From Lingula anatina (Eukaryota > Animalia > Brachiopoda): a stretch of DNA of 64,000 nucleotides. Each line of letters begins with the position of its first letter. Position 1 is the stretch's first letter. Below the pieces are notes generated by a model that was given only the letters and a program-made list of their open reading frames with translations, was not told where the DNA came from and made no database searches. The stretch is from the NCBI GenBank assembly GCA_051362555.1, contig CM120645.1, forward strand, positions 2,728,001-2,792,000, in the 5' to 3' direction. A program made the translations under genes and the position numbers. Below are positions 52,378 to 64,000 of this stretch, piece by piece.

Positions 52378-55300
52378 TTATCCCATGTCATCTAAATCAG
52401 TTTGAATTCTCTGATTATCTGAACTAAAAATGGCCTCTGTCAGACGCTTCCAGAATAACAGTTGCCCCTCTCGGCTACCTGTCCACTTTATGTATCCCCT
52501 AGCCTTTATGTACTTCCGCAGTGATTTCGTCATACTGTCAAATGGCACAGGTTGAAACATCACTGGTATGACAGAGTTATACCCGCGAGCCAGCGACATC
52601 TGGAACTCGAACTCACACCATGGGTTGGCAACATAACTCTCCGAAAGCACGAGCACTGTCTTCCGACTGTTGTCCACGCCTTCAGCAATGGCTTCCGCTA
52701 ACGACGCTCCGCCAATGAAGTCTCGCTGATCTATTATGACGTCAAGCTCATTCTCTTCTTCCAGGTGACGTAGCAGTTCGTTCATCACCCAGCAGTAGTC
52801 ATTGTCGTCGTAGGAGATGTACACGTGACCGGGTGGGGTAGTGGTGACCCCTCGTTTGCGTAGCCGACGACGCAGAATGTACAAGCGATATCTAAGAAAA
52901 AGGTAAATAGAAAAAAACATATAGAGAACATCCCCAGGGCGCTAACCTAATCCTTTAAAATGTTATTTTCAGTTAAAAATGAAGTCACTTCTTTCCCTCA
53001 TAAATCGTCTATCCTGATAATTTCAAAGGAATTTGTGAAAAACTGTCTTAAATATCTTATGCACGAACAATTTTAAAAAGACAAACAGTAACACTGAAAT
53101 ACCAGGCAAACAGGCACACAGAAAAAAAAAAAAAGACAAGAAAGAGAAAGACAGATCGTAGGCCTACTAGTTGCAAAACGCGCCATCTGTTGAAAGAGTA
53201 CACTCACTTGATATTCCATCGATATACGTACGCTGTTACCAATCCACACACTACTGCAGCACAACTAAGTAGAGATACTCCGAGCGACATCCACTGGTTG
53301 TGCGAAACTATCAGCTGTTGAATTCTGTCGCATTCCTTGTGGATCCTTCTCAGTATCCTTTTCACGTCAGTTTTAGTGCCATTTGTCGTGCAATTCGAGT
53401 CTTCTGAAAAGGTTACTGTCACGTTCGAGTCGGTAATCCACCTGAAGAATTCTTCCCCATCGCAACCTAGGCACGTGACAGGATTGTTGCGCATGTTCAA
53501 AACGACTTCAGAGCTGAAGTTAAAATATCCGATCAAGTCCAGTTCCTTGGACGAGAAAGCGCTCAGTTGGTTGACACTAAGATCTATGTATTCCACGGAA
53601 ACCAGGTTTATCAGGCTAAAGGACACTGTTGCAAGACGATTTCCGCTCAGTTTCAGCTTCTTCAGGGCAACGAGAGAAGCAAAGAATTCCTTTGGGATCG
53701 TTCTGATTTTGTTTCGTGATAAATCTAGGGTTTCTAAATATGGAGTTTTAAAGGAAGACAGTCCCCCGTTCGAAATTAAAGACCCCAAATCGTTATTGCT
53801 TAGATTCAAATATGTCAGTGATGGAAAATGATTGAAAAAATTCTTTGGAGGAAAGTGCAAGCCATTTTGCGATAGGTCTAAATATTCCAGGCGGTCCAGT
53901 CCATAGATCTCTTGACATAAAATTTTGAACCCAATGTCAACTAATATCATGTAGCGTAGCTTATTTGGACCAATGACAATGCTTCCCGTTTCAGTGTCGC
54001 AATCGGAACTGCCGAAGTTCCACTTCAGAAACCAGCTTGTTGACCAAAATTCCAAATTTTCAGGCACACTCAAACGAATAATTGGTGACGGCATGCGATC
54101 GGTGGGTTTGCGTATAGTCTCACTGGATGTATTGGAAATTTGGTGGGTATAATCAGCATTTAGGGACGTTATTTTAGGGTGACCGTGCCAAAAAGAATGT
54201 GACAATGCGCACCGTGGTGGTACTCTATCATCATGAATAACATTGTTGTTCATTTTAACGTATTTCAGGTTCCATATTGGTAGGCTAAAAATTACTCCTT
54301 CTGGAATAATTTTTTGTACTCCATTGTAAGGAGCACGGAAAATGCTATTGTACGAAAGGTCTGCGTTTTCTAAATGAGAGAAATAGTTCATATTATTTAG
54401 GTCAAATTCATCTATATTATTATTTGTTAATTCCAATGTCTTTATAAGTTTTTGTTTCAAGCATTCAAAACTGTTTGCTTTAATCGTCCACTTTGGGGGC
54501 ATTCGAATTTGGAATATATCATTGATGAGAAGATTTTCGATGGAAGTAGTTTTAAGATCACATAAAAAATCCTCAACGCTCTTCCCTGAGTGAAAATTGC
54601 TACACTCTAAAGCCAGGGTTTTTAAACGTGGGAATGACACCATGGTGCCAGGTTCCACAGAGCCAATCCCGCAGATTTTGAAAGCCAATCGTTCGATAGG
54701 AGAGTTTTTCAGCGAATCAAACGTTAGTCGTTTGAGTTGCGTCCCATTTATCGAATTCGTCCCCTGAAAAGTTAGTGTTTTTAGGGACGTGAGATTGCTG
54801 TACCCTGGCCCTAAGATCCAATTACCTTGGGGTGAGTAGGGAAGGGAAAGTTGCTCTAATCGATGTAAAGGCGCCATTGTACGGTCAATAAAATCTCTCT
54901 GGATGTGATTTTTGGTGTTCATGTTCTCCACTATAAGAACTCTCAGTTGTGTTAAATCGTTGAATAGTGACGGAGGTAGCGACTCATAATCGAAATTCAT
55001 ACCATAATACAGAGGGGACAAATCTAAATGCTCCAGCGCGGTTAAACCTGCAAAGCTATCCTTATCGAACTTTGCTACCATGTTGTTTCCTAAGAACAGA
55101 ACCGCCAGTTGTTTTAGGTGGCAGAATGCTCGGGCTGGTATTTCCGAGAGTTTGTTGTTGCGTAGATCCAGGACGTTTGTTTGAAGCGGTATATCCCTGG
55201 GTATGTGACCAACCAAGCGTTTAGAACAATCTACGGTAAGCGACAATCTTGCCGAAGGCGTGAAAGCACAGCGGCAAAGCACCGGGCACGAAACAGTCTG

Positions 55301-55405
55301 TGGTATATTTTCTGTTGTGTTTGTGCTTGTATTGCCGGTCACCGTCCATATAATATATACGAAAACACAGATGAAATCCCGTCCTGTGGACGCGCCCATA
55401 TGCAT
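52378..55405 (-). CDS. Toll-like receptor, single-cysteine-cluster type. Exons 55405-53208, 52891-52378
   Basis: Signal-like FICVFVYIIWTVTG, LRRNT CPVLCRC...VDCS, many LxxLxLxxN repeats, LRRCT NPVTCLGC, TM helix, YRWNIK|YRLY (phase 2 junction), TIR with YISY, RDFIGG, NSRKTVLVLS, WCEFE, FWKRL. Start Met uncertain (55405 or 55399). Confidence 0.93.
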
Positions 55406-57143
55406 TTTACTGGTCAGCGAATCGTTCTGGTACTGACCGTTAGTGTCCAACTTGTCTTATTTGTACTGACCCTTTCGACTTTTTCGGGGGTTTCCCCTTC
55501 TGCCGGACTAAAGATTAATCCTGAATACTATCTTCATTGATATCCTGTTTTAACAGTAAGCCATAAAACTTCAAACACTTGCAAACATTTGCGCCCAGGA
55601 TTACCGTTTTTGTTTGACTGTTTCTCGGACCACACCTCAAAAGCAATACTCGTTCCTTCGTTCTTTTTTTTTAACAAAATGTATTTATAGGCATCTTGAT
55701 TATTACGATATTGACTTCTGATAAACGTGGTACTTCCAAATGACCACCTAGCATTAATTTCCGCTTGAGCTATGTCCACGGTATAGGGCTAAAACTTTTA
55801 AATCATTCAGTCACTAATTGGGTATTTGTAAGTATTGGTTGTCCAGGGTATTTTGGGGGATCCCCTTCTGGTCATGCCTAGCCACTTGATTGGTCGTTCA
55901 CTGCTGTCCTTCAGACAGAAGTACTCGAGACGCCCCCAACTGTGGTATTTCAATGGAATTGTTTGCGTTTTGCATCAAGGTTGTCTGACAGTAATCCGTG
56001 AGTAAATTTAATGTGTCTACTTAGCGGTGCAACAAAGGTCAAATCAATCAGGCTGGATAGGATCAAGATCAAGCAATCATGCCTCTCACTTGGATCCATT
56101 GGCTACCAACGCATTAGCCCCCCCCCCCCCTCTCTCTCTCTCTCTTTCCTGTTCTGTAGCTTGTGAGAGTCCTGGGTCATATAGGCCTATTTATATAAAT
56201 CTTTAGTTTTGATATTATACACGTTATCAAGTTGTACAATACCCATAGTTCCTACATATGTGTTTTCTCGTATGCTTTTATTCCTTTGATTATTCTGTAA
56301 ATAGTATCTAGCAACTGATTTATCTGTGAAAAGTTCGTCATGTCAGTTATTCAGTTCATTGATTTATTGATTTAGTGATTTTATATTCTTAAATTCAATT
56401 TGTCTAATTTATTCCTGCACTTTTACAAAGATTATTATAACCTTCGAATGACATTAGGCATGTCTATAGCTTTTATCATTTATAGAAACAAAAAGAAATT
56501 AGAATGGACAGATATACTAGTTAATTAATGTAACGTTAGTAAGTGACAGCATGCAGCAATAAGAGCGGGGAGTGTTTTGTAATGTCACTTAAGTTGATTG
56601 ACACGACCTTATTGTACTTAAGCGAAGAATGTAATGTAGACAGGGAGAACGATGTAAGAGGTTGAACGATCAGGAATAAGCTGTAGATAGTGTAGTTAGA
56701 AAGCGATAATAAAGAATAATGAGAAAACATGGAATTATTTGGTTATAACCTCTCACCACCAAGACAAAGTCAGTAACGTCGTCACATAAAGTAGAAAAAA
56801 ATATTCTAACTAAATGATACAATACATTCATCAGGAAACATACTAGATCTTGGTAACAGGTCAGTTTGACTATGGAAGGAAAGGAATGGGAAGCCGTTGT
56901 GTTGACCGGTGTTAAGACGCGCCGTGGTTCGTATGAAATTACTTCCCTAGCAACGGTTTACCTAGCTGTAAGATAAAAGAGAGAAGGAAATGAACAGGCG
57001 CGTTAACGGCGTCTGTTCCTATACATTGGCTAGTTGCTGGGCACAACATATTATAAAGGATCCAGGAAGTTAAAACAGTAAATATGTACTTGCAATATTA
57101 TGTTTCTGGATAAGATTGTTTACCTCTCCTCCACCAAAAGACG

Positions 57144-57200
<57 letters not shown>

Positions 57201-59316
57201 GGGCTTGTCTTAAACTAAAGTAAAATATATAACTGTTGACATGTATAGAAGATGACATACGCACATTTATATAGTTAAAATTATGCATGTAAAATGTATA
57301 CACGGTGTTGTAGTTATAGAACACAGAAAATATTATTTCATCACACGGACAGTTTGGGTGGAAAATTCTTCTTTTATTATTTCTTTTACTTCTTTTTTTA
57401 TTCAGCGATTCACAAATGCTACGGACTTATTTGTGCAGTAATATGCGCTACGTGGATTAGGATAAATTCTCTCTGATGGAGATTCGATTTTTAGTTATAA
57501 TTTCAAACTAGATTTCGTAGATAAAATTGTATCAGGCTGCGATCCAAGTTTTATATCACAAGTCGTGAAACGAAATGTGTGTGGATTGTCGACATTCACC
57601 GTTCTGTATACCATAGTAATATCATCATTAATGCTATAAAGTAGCATTTGAAATTGTCCATCATAAAGCATACTAGATAACAAAGTTAGTATTGTTTCAA
57701 CCAAAAAAAGGAAACAAAATATTCACAATTCTCACTTGAACTCCAACAAGATTCACTATTTTTTTTGTTCCAGCACTTTCATTATCACCTGTACAATATT
57801 GGAGTAAGTGCCACTCGTTGTTCGCTTCTGTTACTCGAGGATTAATCTGTTTGCTCCCTCGTATTTGTCGTTTTGGCCGGTCTCGTCGACAACTTTTGAC
57901 ATTTTCAAAACTGCTTGTCATTAATTCTTGCCTCATTCTCTCTTTTCCAAGAAATCATGCTCAAATAGCCCCGCACTAATACAGGTATGATACCGTATGA
58001 CAAAATGCCAGTCTCAGTAAGGTCTGTGCACAGTTTAATATATATAGTTGCTGTGCCATGATCGTTGCCAACTGCAACGTCACAGAATACACGACAAATT
58101 GGCGTAGAACGTAACGCATACGACGTTACATTGTAGAGTATATTGTGACTGTATGACATACTATCTGTGACGTTAACATTTGTATAACAGTTCGCGCTGT
58201 TTTTCGGGTCAGTTTTTCAAAAGTTGTTAGTTTCTCATTTTCTTGGTGGTAATTTCTGTTAAAACCCCGATTACAATAGTGAGTTTTGGGTTCATTGCTT
58301 GGAATTGTGGCATTATAACCATCGTGATCATCCATGCACATGTATTTTTGTGACTTGTGTGCTCAGACACCTATGACGTATTTATTTTGTGACGTTCATC
58401 TTCTGCGCCCTTTCATCTATGACGTACGGTTTGTGGTATGCACAATCGTTACTGCAACAACAGCCATCTATTCTCTAAGAATAAACTGGTGCAAATTTTT
58501 TTTTCTCAAATTTAAGATTCATGAGAGAACCAGGCATTGGGTAGGTAAGTTTTGAATTTTTTTATATCGACATCTGTATCCATGTTGTGTGGCTATAACA
58601 GCTAATATTGATAAGAATAAAACTGACAGAAATAGGCCACTAAACTATCAGAATATCAATAAACCTTATAACAAATCTCCAAGTGAATTCTCGCTTCAAA
58701 TTGAAAAAATAAATTTAAGACAAAACATATTTAAAGAAACATTGTGTATTTTATTGACTGAATGCAACCCTACTTACATTCGTTATAAGAGTTCTGCCAA
58801 AAGCTTATAAAAATACAGCACGACCCACTGGCATTACGACTAAGAGTTAGAGGATCATGATTTGCAGTATTTCTGACAAAGAACTGTTCAAATGCAGAAA
58901 TCATGATCAAATGGCAATAAGTTAAATCACAAAGCCAGTCATTTATATATAATTACAAGAAGGACCGAATGGATACATGTTTGCCTCCTATTGTGTTTCA
59001 ACTGAAATAAAATATAAATATGGCAGCTTTGGAGAGAACTGTATACAGTTGTTATAAAAATACCCAACATTTCAGCATCAGTATTATTTCAAACCCCATT
59101 TATTACTTGGATTGTCTATTTTTTCATCCATGCAGACAGCACGTGGATAATGAGTCCCACATGAAAATATTCCCACCAACCATGATATTTACTCTACACC
59201 TGAGGAAGATCTTCAAGTCTTTCTTCATTTTCCACATAAAGTCTGTAACAGTTCAATGAACTTTTGAACAAGCACTGAGAACTATTTCTGTAAACTCTCC
59301 ATCCTCAAAACACAAC

Positions 59317-62300
59317 CTAAGCTATACTGCCCACAGCTTTCTCCGCAGCATCTCCCAGATCTGTAGCTGAAATTATTTTCATACCACTGGCATCTAAAAT
59401 TTTACGAGCTTCGTCCACGTTTGTGCCTGGAAAAAAGAACAAAATACTAAATTTAGAGCATTTCCTTCTCTCATATCAAGAAAAAGTTAAATACTGAACT
59501 GGATTAAGTTAAAAAACTGAAGTGAAGGAAAGAAAACTTGTTTTTGTCTGACATACATTATATTAATTTTTAGGCGGGCTCTCCTCTGCCAGTGAATGTG
59601 GGTGCACAGGTGTGCTGATCTGTATATCTGATTACATTCTGATTAACAGTCCAGGTGTGTCAGCAATGGAAGTCCACTAGGAACTGTAGTCAGCTTTCCT
59701 TTACTTAGTACAGGTGGCATTAGCCCCATATACTAACCCCCCCCCCCCCCCCCCCCCCCCCGCACTCCAACTAACCCTAACCTGTACCTATCTTATGGGA
59801 CCCCAGACTTCCATTCCAAGGACTAGAATTCATGCCACACTTGGGGTGTTGGATCAATCTATGTAACACAATAATTACTGCTACGTATGTTGCAACAATA
59901 TTATACAAACATTGCCATAGCGTTAGTTCTCTTTGCTTACCTTCTAATCTTACTACCAGGGGGACTTGCAAATGAATGCTCTTGGCAGCGTTAGTGATAC
60001 CCTCAGCAATAGTCTTACAGTTCACAATACCTCCAAATATGTTCACAAGGATGGCTTTCACCTGTAAATCAAGGTGTCATATGTAACACTGTTTCAAAAG
60101 GAATAAACTTTTTCCGAGACATATCCACAAAAATTGTCCCCCAACTTGTAAATGTCTGTTATGTCAAATTTGTTAAACAATTGCATTTAAGTGAATGATT
60201 ATGAATACATTAATACTCACTGAGTGAGATTTTATGTAACTGTCATAACAATAGAAACAAAGCATGCATTAAGCCATTGAAGGCCTCAGCACCTTGGTGT
60301 TCTTAGTAAAAAAATAAATGGCCTAAAAATTTGAATGAAAAGCAAACTAGGTCACAAAATTTGCGCATTAAAATCTTACTGTAGACTGCGTTATGACAAC
60401 ATGCCAAGAGAGTTGATAACAGCTTACCTGGGAATCTTTTGTGATGAGCTTGAATGCGTTTTCAACCATGCTTTCCGTTACACCGCCACCCACATCCAGG
60501 AAGTTGGCCGGTTCCCCGCCCTTCAGCTTAATTATGTCCATGGTAGCCATTGCCAGCCCTGCCCCATTCACTGATGAAAGAAACACATAGGAAGAGTGAC
60601 CACGGAGTTCTGAACTTGTTACATTCCAAGAGCCAATTTCATTTGTTAGCCAATTTGTTTATTAGACAAACACATGTATGCTTCAGAAAACATTGTAGCT
60701 ATGTTATCATTTTTGTGTTTTGATAAATATGAAAGCACATACTTTCCTGCTGGACAACACAACGTAATGGTGCAATTATGCAAGAAAACGTAGCCTTGTG
60801 GCACAGTTGCTAGGTCAATTTAACAATAATAAAATTGAAAGTCCTACAGAAATTGGTAGCATGCCCAGCATCTCTACAGCAGTCTAAATGAAAGATATCA
60901 TACAAGAAAGTTCTCTCAGGCAAAGAAAAACCTTCCTATCTCCTCTATGGTGATTGCCAAACAAAATCAAACAGCATGAATTAATAACAATCATCATAAT
61001 ATCATTATTCAAAAGAAAATAAAACACTAGCTACCTTTGTGTCAAATAAGTAACTGCGGTGGTTGTCTTGTACATGTAAAATAATAGAAATAGGTCACCG
61101 GTTGTATGAATATTTTATGCAATTACTGTACCTTACCTAAGCATGCAATATTGCCGTCCATGCCAATGTAGTTGAGGTCAGACTCGTTAGCTTCACGTTC
61201 CCTCCAGTCCATCTCAGATTTGTCTTCTGCATCGAAAAATTTTTTCTGTCGGAACCTTGCACTGTCGTCAAAATTAATTTTGGCATCAAAGCAGATGACT
61301 GAAAAAAAAAATGATTAAATATATATATAGTCAAAGAAAAAGTACAATTTTATGTGTTTTTTTTTTCATATGCCAGTATATTAAAGCTTAGAGTGTAAAT
61401 AAAATGACAAAAAATAAATAAATAAAACACTCTATTTAATGTTTAAGTGCTAAAATTGATATCACATTGACAACAGGAACTTTACACAGTAATTTACAGG
61501 GATTAGACAGTGGTGAATTCCTTGCCTGCACCCATAACTGCGCTCGTATCAAACACACTTTTATCCCTGTTTCCCCACTTTTTAAAGTCTCACCTTTGCC
61601 CTGTGTTGTCTCTGCAATGGGATTCACCTCTATCTGTGTTGCATCAATCTGGATGAACATGTTGTACATCTTCTTTATCTGGTCAACAGCCTGATAAATA
61701 GGATGGAACTTTTGGCTAAAATTGACGAGAAACAAAAACCAAGGCGACAAAGCTGTCAAATGGACAGACAGACATGTATATGATAACTGTGGTGGCTATA
61801 TGCCTGGTCTGTCCCAAAAGCAGAATGCACAACTTGCATGTACTTAAAAGAAAAACTTAAGCAAATATTATTTCATTAACACATTGTCATTGTTACAGAT
61901 ATTAGTTAACCATGATGGCGCTCAGTTTTTAAGCATCAAAGCTCAAATGAGTAATATTTACAAATTTGGCAGCTCCTAGCATCTAGCTCTCAAAAGCTTT
62001 TTTAAAGGACAACTCAGTGGGTTAGATTAATGTATAGGAGCAGGTTCTATGTAAAACTTTGATCAGATTTGTGTTTTGGGAGATTGTTTATTATTATATG
62101 AATAAGTCTGGATCACAAAAGTCCTGTTAAGACAACTAGAATAAAGAATTAGAAAACGAAAACTATTTATCATGATTTCGGAGCACAGCCAGAAGTACTT
62201 CCGGCTCAAGGTCACGACCTCGATTTTCCCACGCTTACGACCAATCACAGCAGGCTTCAGTCAGAATGAGACTGACTACACAGCGAAACTTGTCAGACAT

Positions 62301-63184
62301 GTAAGTGCCGCCTGTCCATCTTTTCAGTACATGTACCGATCAAAAACAGAAAACGTAAAGCCCAAAACGCTCTTATACACGTAACCAACTTTGTATGAGC
62401 ACAAATATTGTCATTTATTGTGAACAGGATAATATGATAATCAGACACACTTGAGACCTGTGAAGCGCATACTCACGTGTCGAGGAGTAGTTTCGCCATT
62501 GCCTCGTATGTAAGTCCTAATTCAGCTTTAAGTGTCCTCCACCGCCCCACCTCCCTCCCAACATACACAGTCTGAGTGCTTCTTCGTCTGTCTCTAATTT
62601 TATTTCGTATCTTTCGACCTGGAGTGGCTATTTTCTTTCGCCCCTTTTGTCTCTTCAGACTTGACGCGCGTCTGAGCCATGTTTGCTGTTTTGGCGCCAA
62701 ATAGTAACATCCGGGTCTCAGCCGTAGTACTTTATTCATAGTAAACCGCGAGACTTAGCGAGAAATTGCGCGTTCTGAAGCCGTACTGTGAGGTGGTAGC
62801 TGAGTATTTAAGACGAGTCGTCTTTTATTATTTAATGGAACTTAAAAACGGTATTAGGTAGCTTCATTTTCTGAACGGTTTTGGATAGGATATACCTTGG
62901 TCATTATGGGGAAATTGGTGAGTTTTCCAGGAAAATTCATTTTCGTGCTATTTTAAGGGTTTAACGCACTGAGACTGTCTATAAATATTAAAAATAATTC
63001 AAATCATCAAAATACCTGTTTATGATTATCTCCTTCAAATAACAAGTTAGTGGCCATCCTTTCTGCTATCTCATCTGTGATACCAGTCATAATGTCCACT
63101 GGTTCCTGAATGAAACAATGCGAAAACATTTAAATCAATAATGGGAAAAGGGAAGTGGGGATGGTGTGTGAGTGTCAGTGTTAA

Positions 63185-63219
<35 letters not shown>

Positions 63220-63750
63220 ACTGCCTCATAACAGTTGCTTTCCTGTGGTTAAACAAACACCCATATCACACTAAGTCATTATTGAAGACTGTAAAAACAA
63301 AATGCTTACGACACATAAAGACATTACTAGAACATTAAAAAGTCCCATTCAAATTGTGTGTGCTACACATATTTATACTGATATACTAGGGCTGCTGTGA
63401 TCAGGCAAAATACCACAAAATGTGACAGTGTGAGTCTAGTATAACCTGGAAGAACCCCACCCACCCCACCGTGTAAATGACCTAATTTTAAAGCAGTGAC
63501 CTGAAAGACCTCTCAGCTTTAGGGTTTCACTAAGTAGTAAATAAAAAAACAAGCAATAAAGCAGACATTCACAACGTATGAAACCCCATACTTTGAATAT
63601 CGCCTCTGGATTGTTCTCAGCCACCTCCTCGATGTCCATTCCTCCGTATGGGCTGCCTACTATCACGGGACCATTGCTTTCACGGTCCATGAGAATAGCC
63701 AGGTATCTCTCCTTGCCGTCCTCAATATCAAATGCTTCGGCTATCATTAC
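59317..63750 (-). CDS. SUCLG2: Succinate-CoA ligase GDP-forming beta subunit, 3' part (5' exons lie beyond the window). Exons 63750-63592, 63105-63016, 61690-61594, 61298-61137, 60570-60428, 60061-59941, 59426-59317
   Basis: [83 protein letters not shown] (GDP-type; the ADP type has GGIMRC), [11 protein letters not shown]. Confidence 0.93.
62002..62984 (-). mobile_element. Non-autonomous Kolobok-like DNA transposon in a SUCLG2 intron
   Basis: Left end ttaa-aggacaactcagtg and right end cactgagactgtct-ataa are imperfect inverted repeats with TTAA-like flanks. Internal CpG-rich exon encodes [40 protein letters not shown] followed by a GTGAGT donor, similar (from memory) to first exons of Kolobok-type elements. 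Confidence 0.55.
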
Positions 63751-64000
63751 CTGGAAGAAATGAATAACATAAATAAATGGCTTTTAAGTGTGAAATTAAC
63801 CAAACAGTTCTTTGGTTAAAGCGAAAAAGTGGTAGGATTTACAGATTGCTTCTTGTGGAGGACAAGTTTTTACTTTTTAATCATATTTTAATAGATTAAT
63901 GCCATGAATTAATGTTCATTTGCTCTATAAAAAAAAAAGTCAAAAAAACTTATAAAATAAATTTGAAAAAAAAAATAATAATAAGTGTAAAATCTTTTAA

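Overview
AT-rich eukaryotic genomic DNA with spliceosomal introns and microsatellites. It looks like a marine invertebrate, probably lophotrochozoan (inferred, not proven). Exons were joined by hand from splice sites and reading frame. Genes in order: (1) a 5'-incomplete ~870-aa orphan precursor (+, 606-5266) with a furin site, a hydrophobic fusion-peptide-like segment, coiled coils, two more hydrophobic helices and a C-terminal amidation signal; (2) TMEM26 (-); (3) a NitFhit fusion gene (+) with two U12-type introns; (4) a ~5 kb block of degraded transposon fragments, all on the minus strand, just downstream of NitFhit; (5) an intronless class A GPCR; (6) a ~4.9 kb tandem duplication giving two F-type lectin+PAN genes (one with the canonical fucose site, one with it selectively remodelled) and a truncated ASNS pseudogene; (7) full-length ASNS; (8) an intronless UGT lacking the catalytic His; (9) a Toll-like receptor; (10) the 3' part of SUCLG2 with a Kolobok-like element in an intron. 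No rRNA, tRNA or CRISPR array was seen. The best candidates for new biology are the orphan pore-former/fusogen-like precursor, the remodelled lectin paralogue and the possible piRNA-cluster-like 3' extension of NitFhit.
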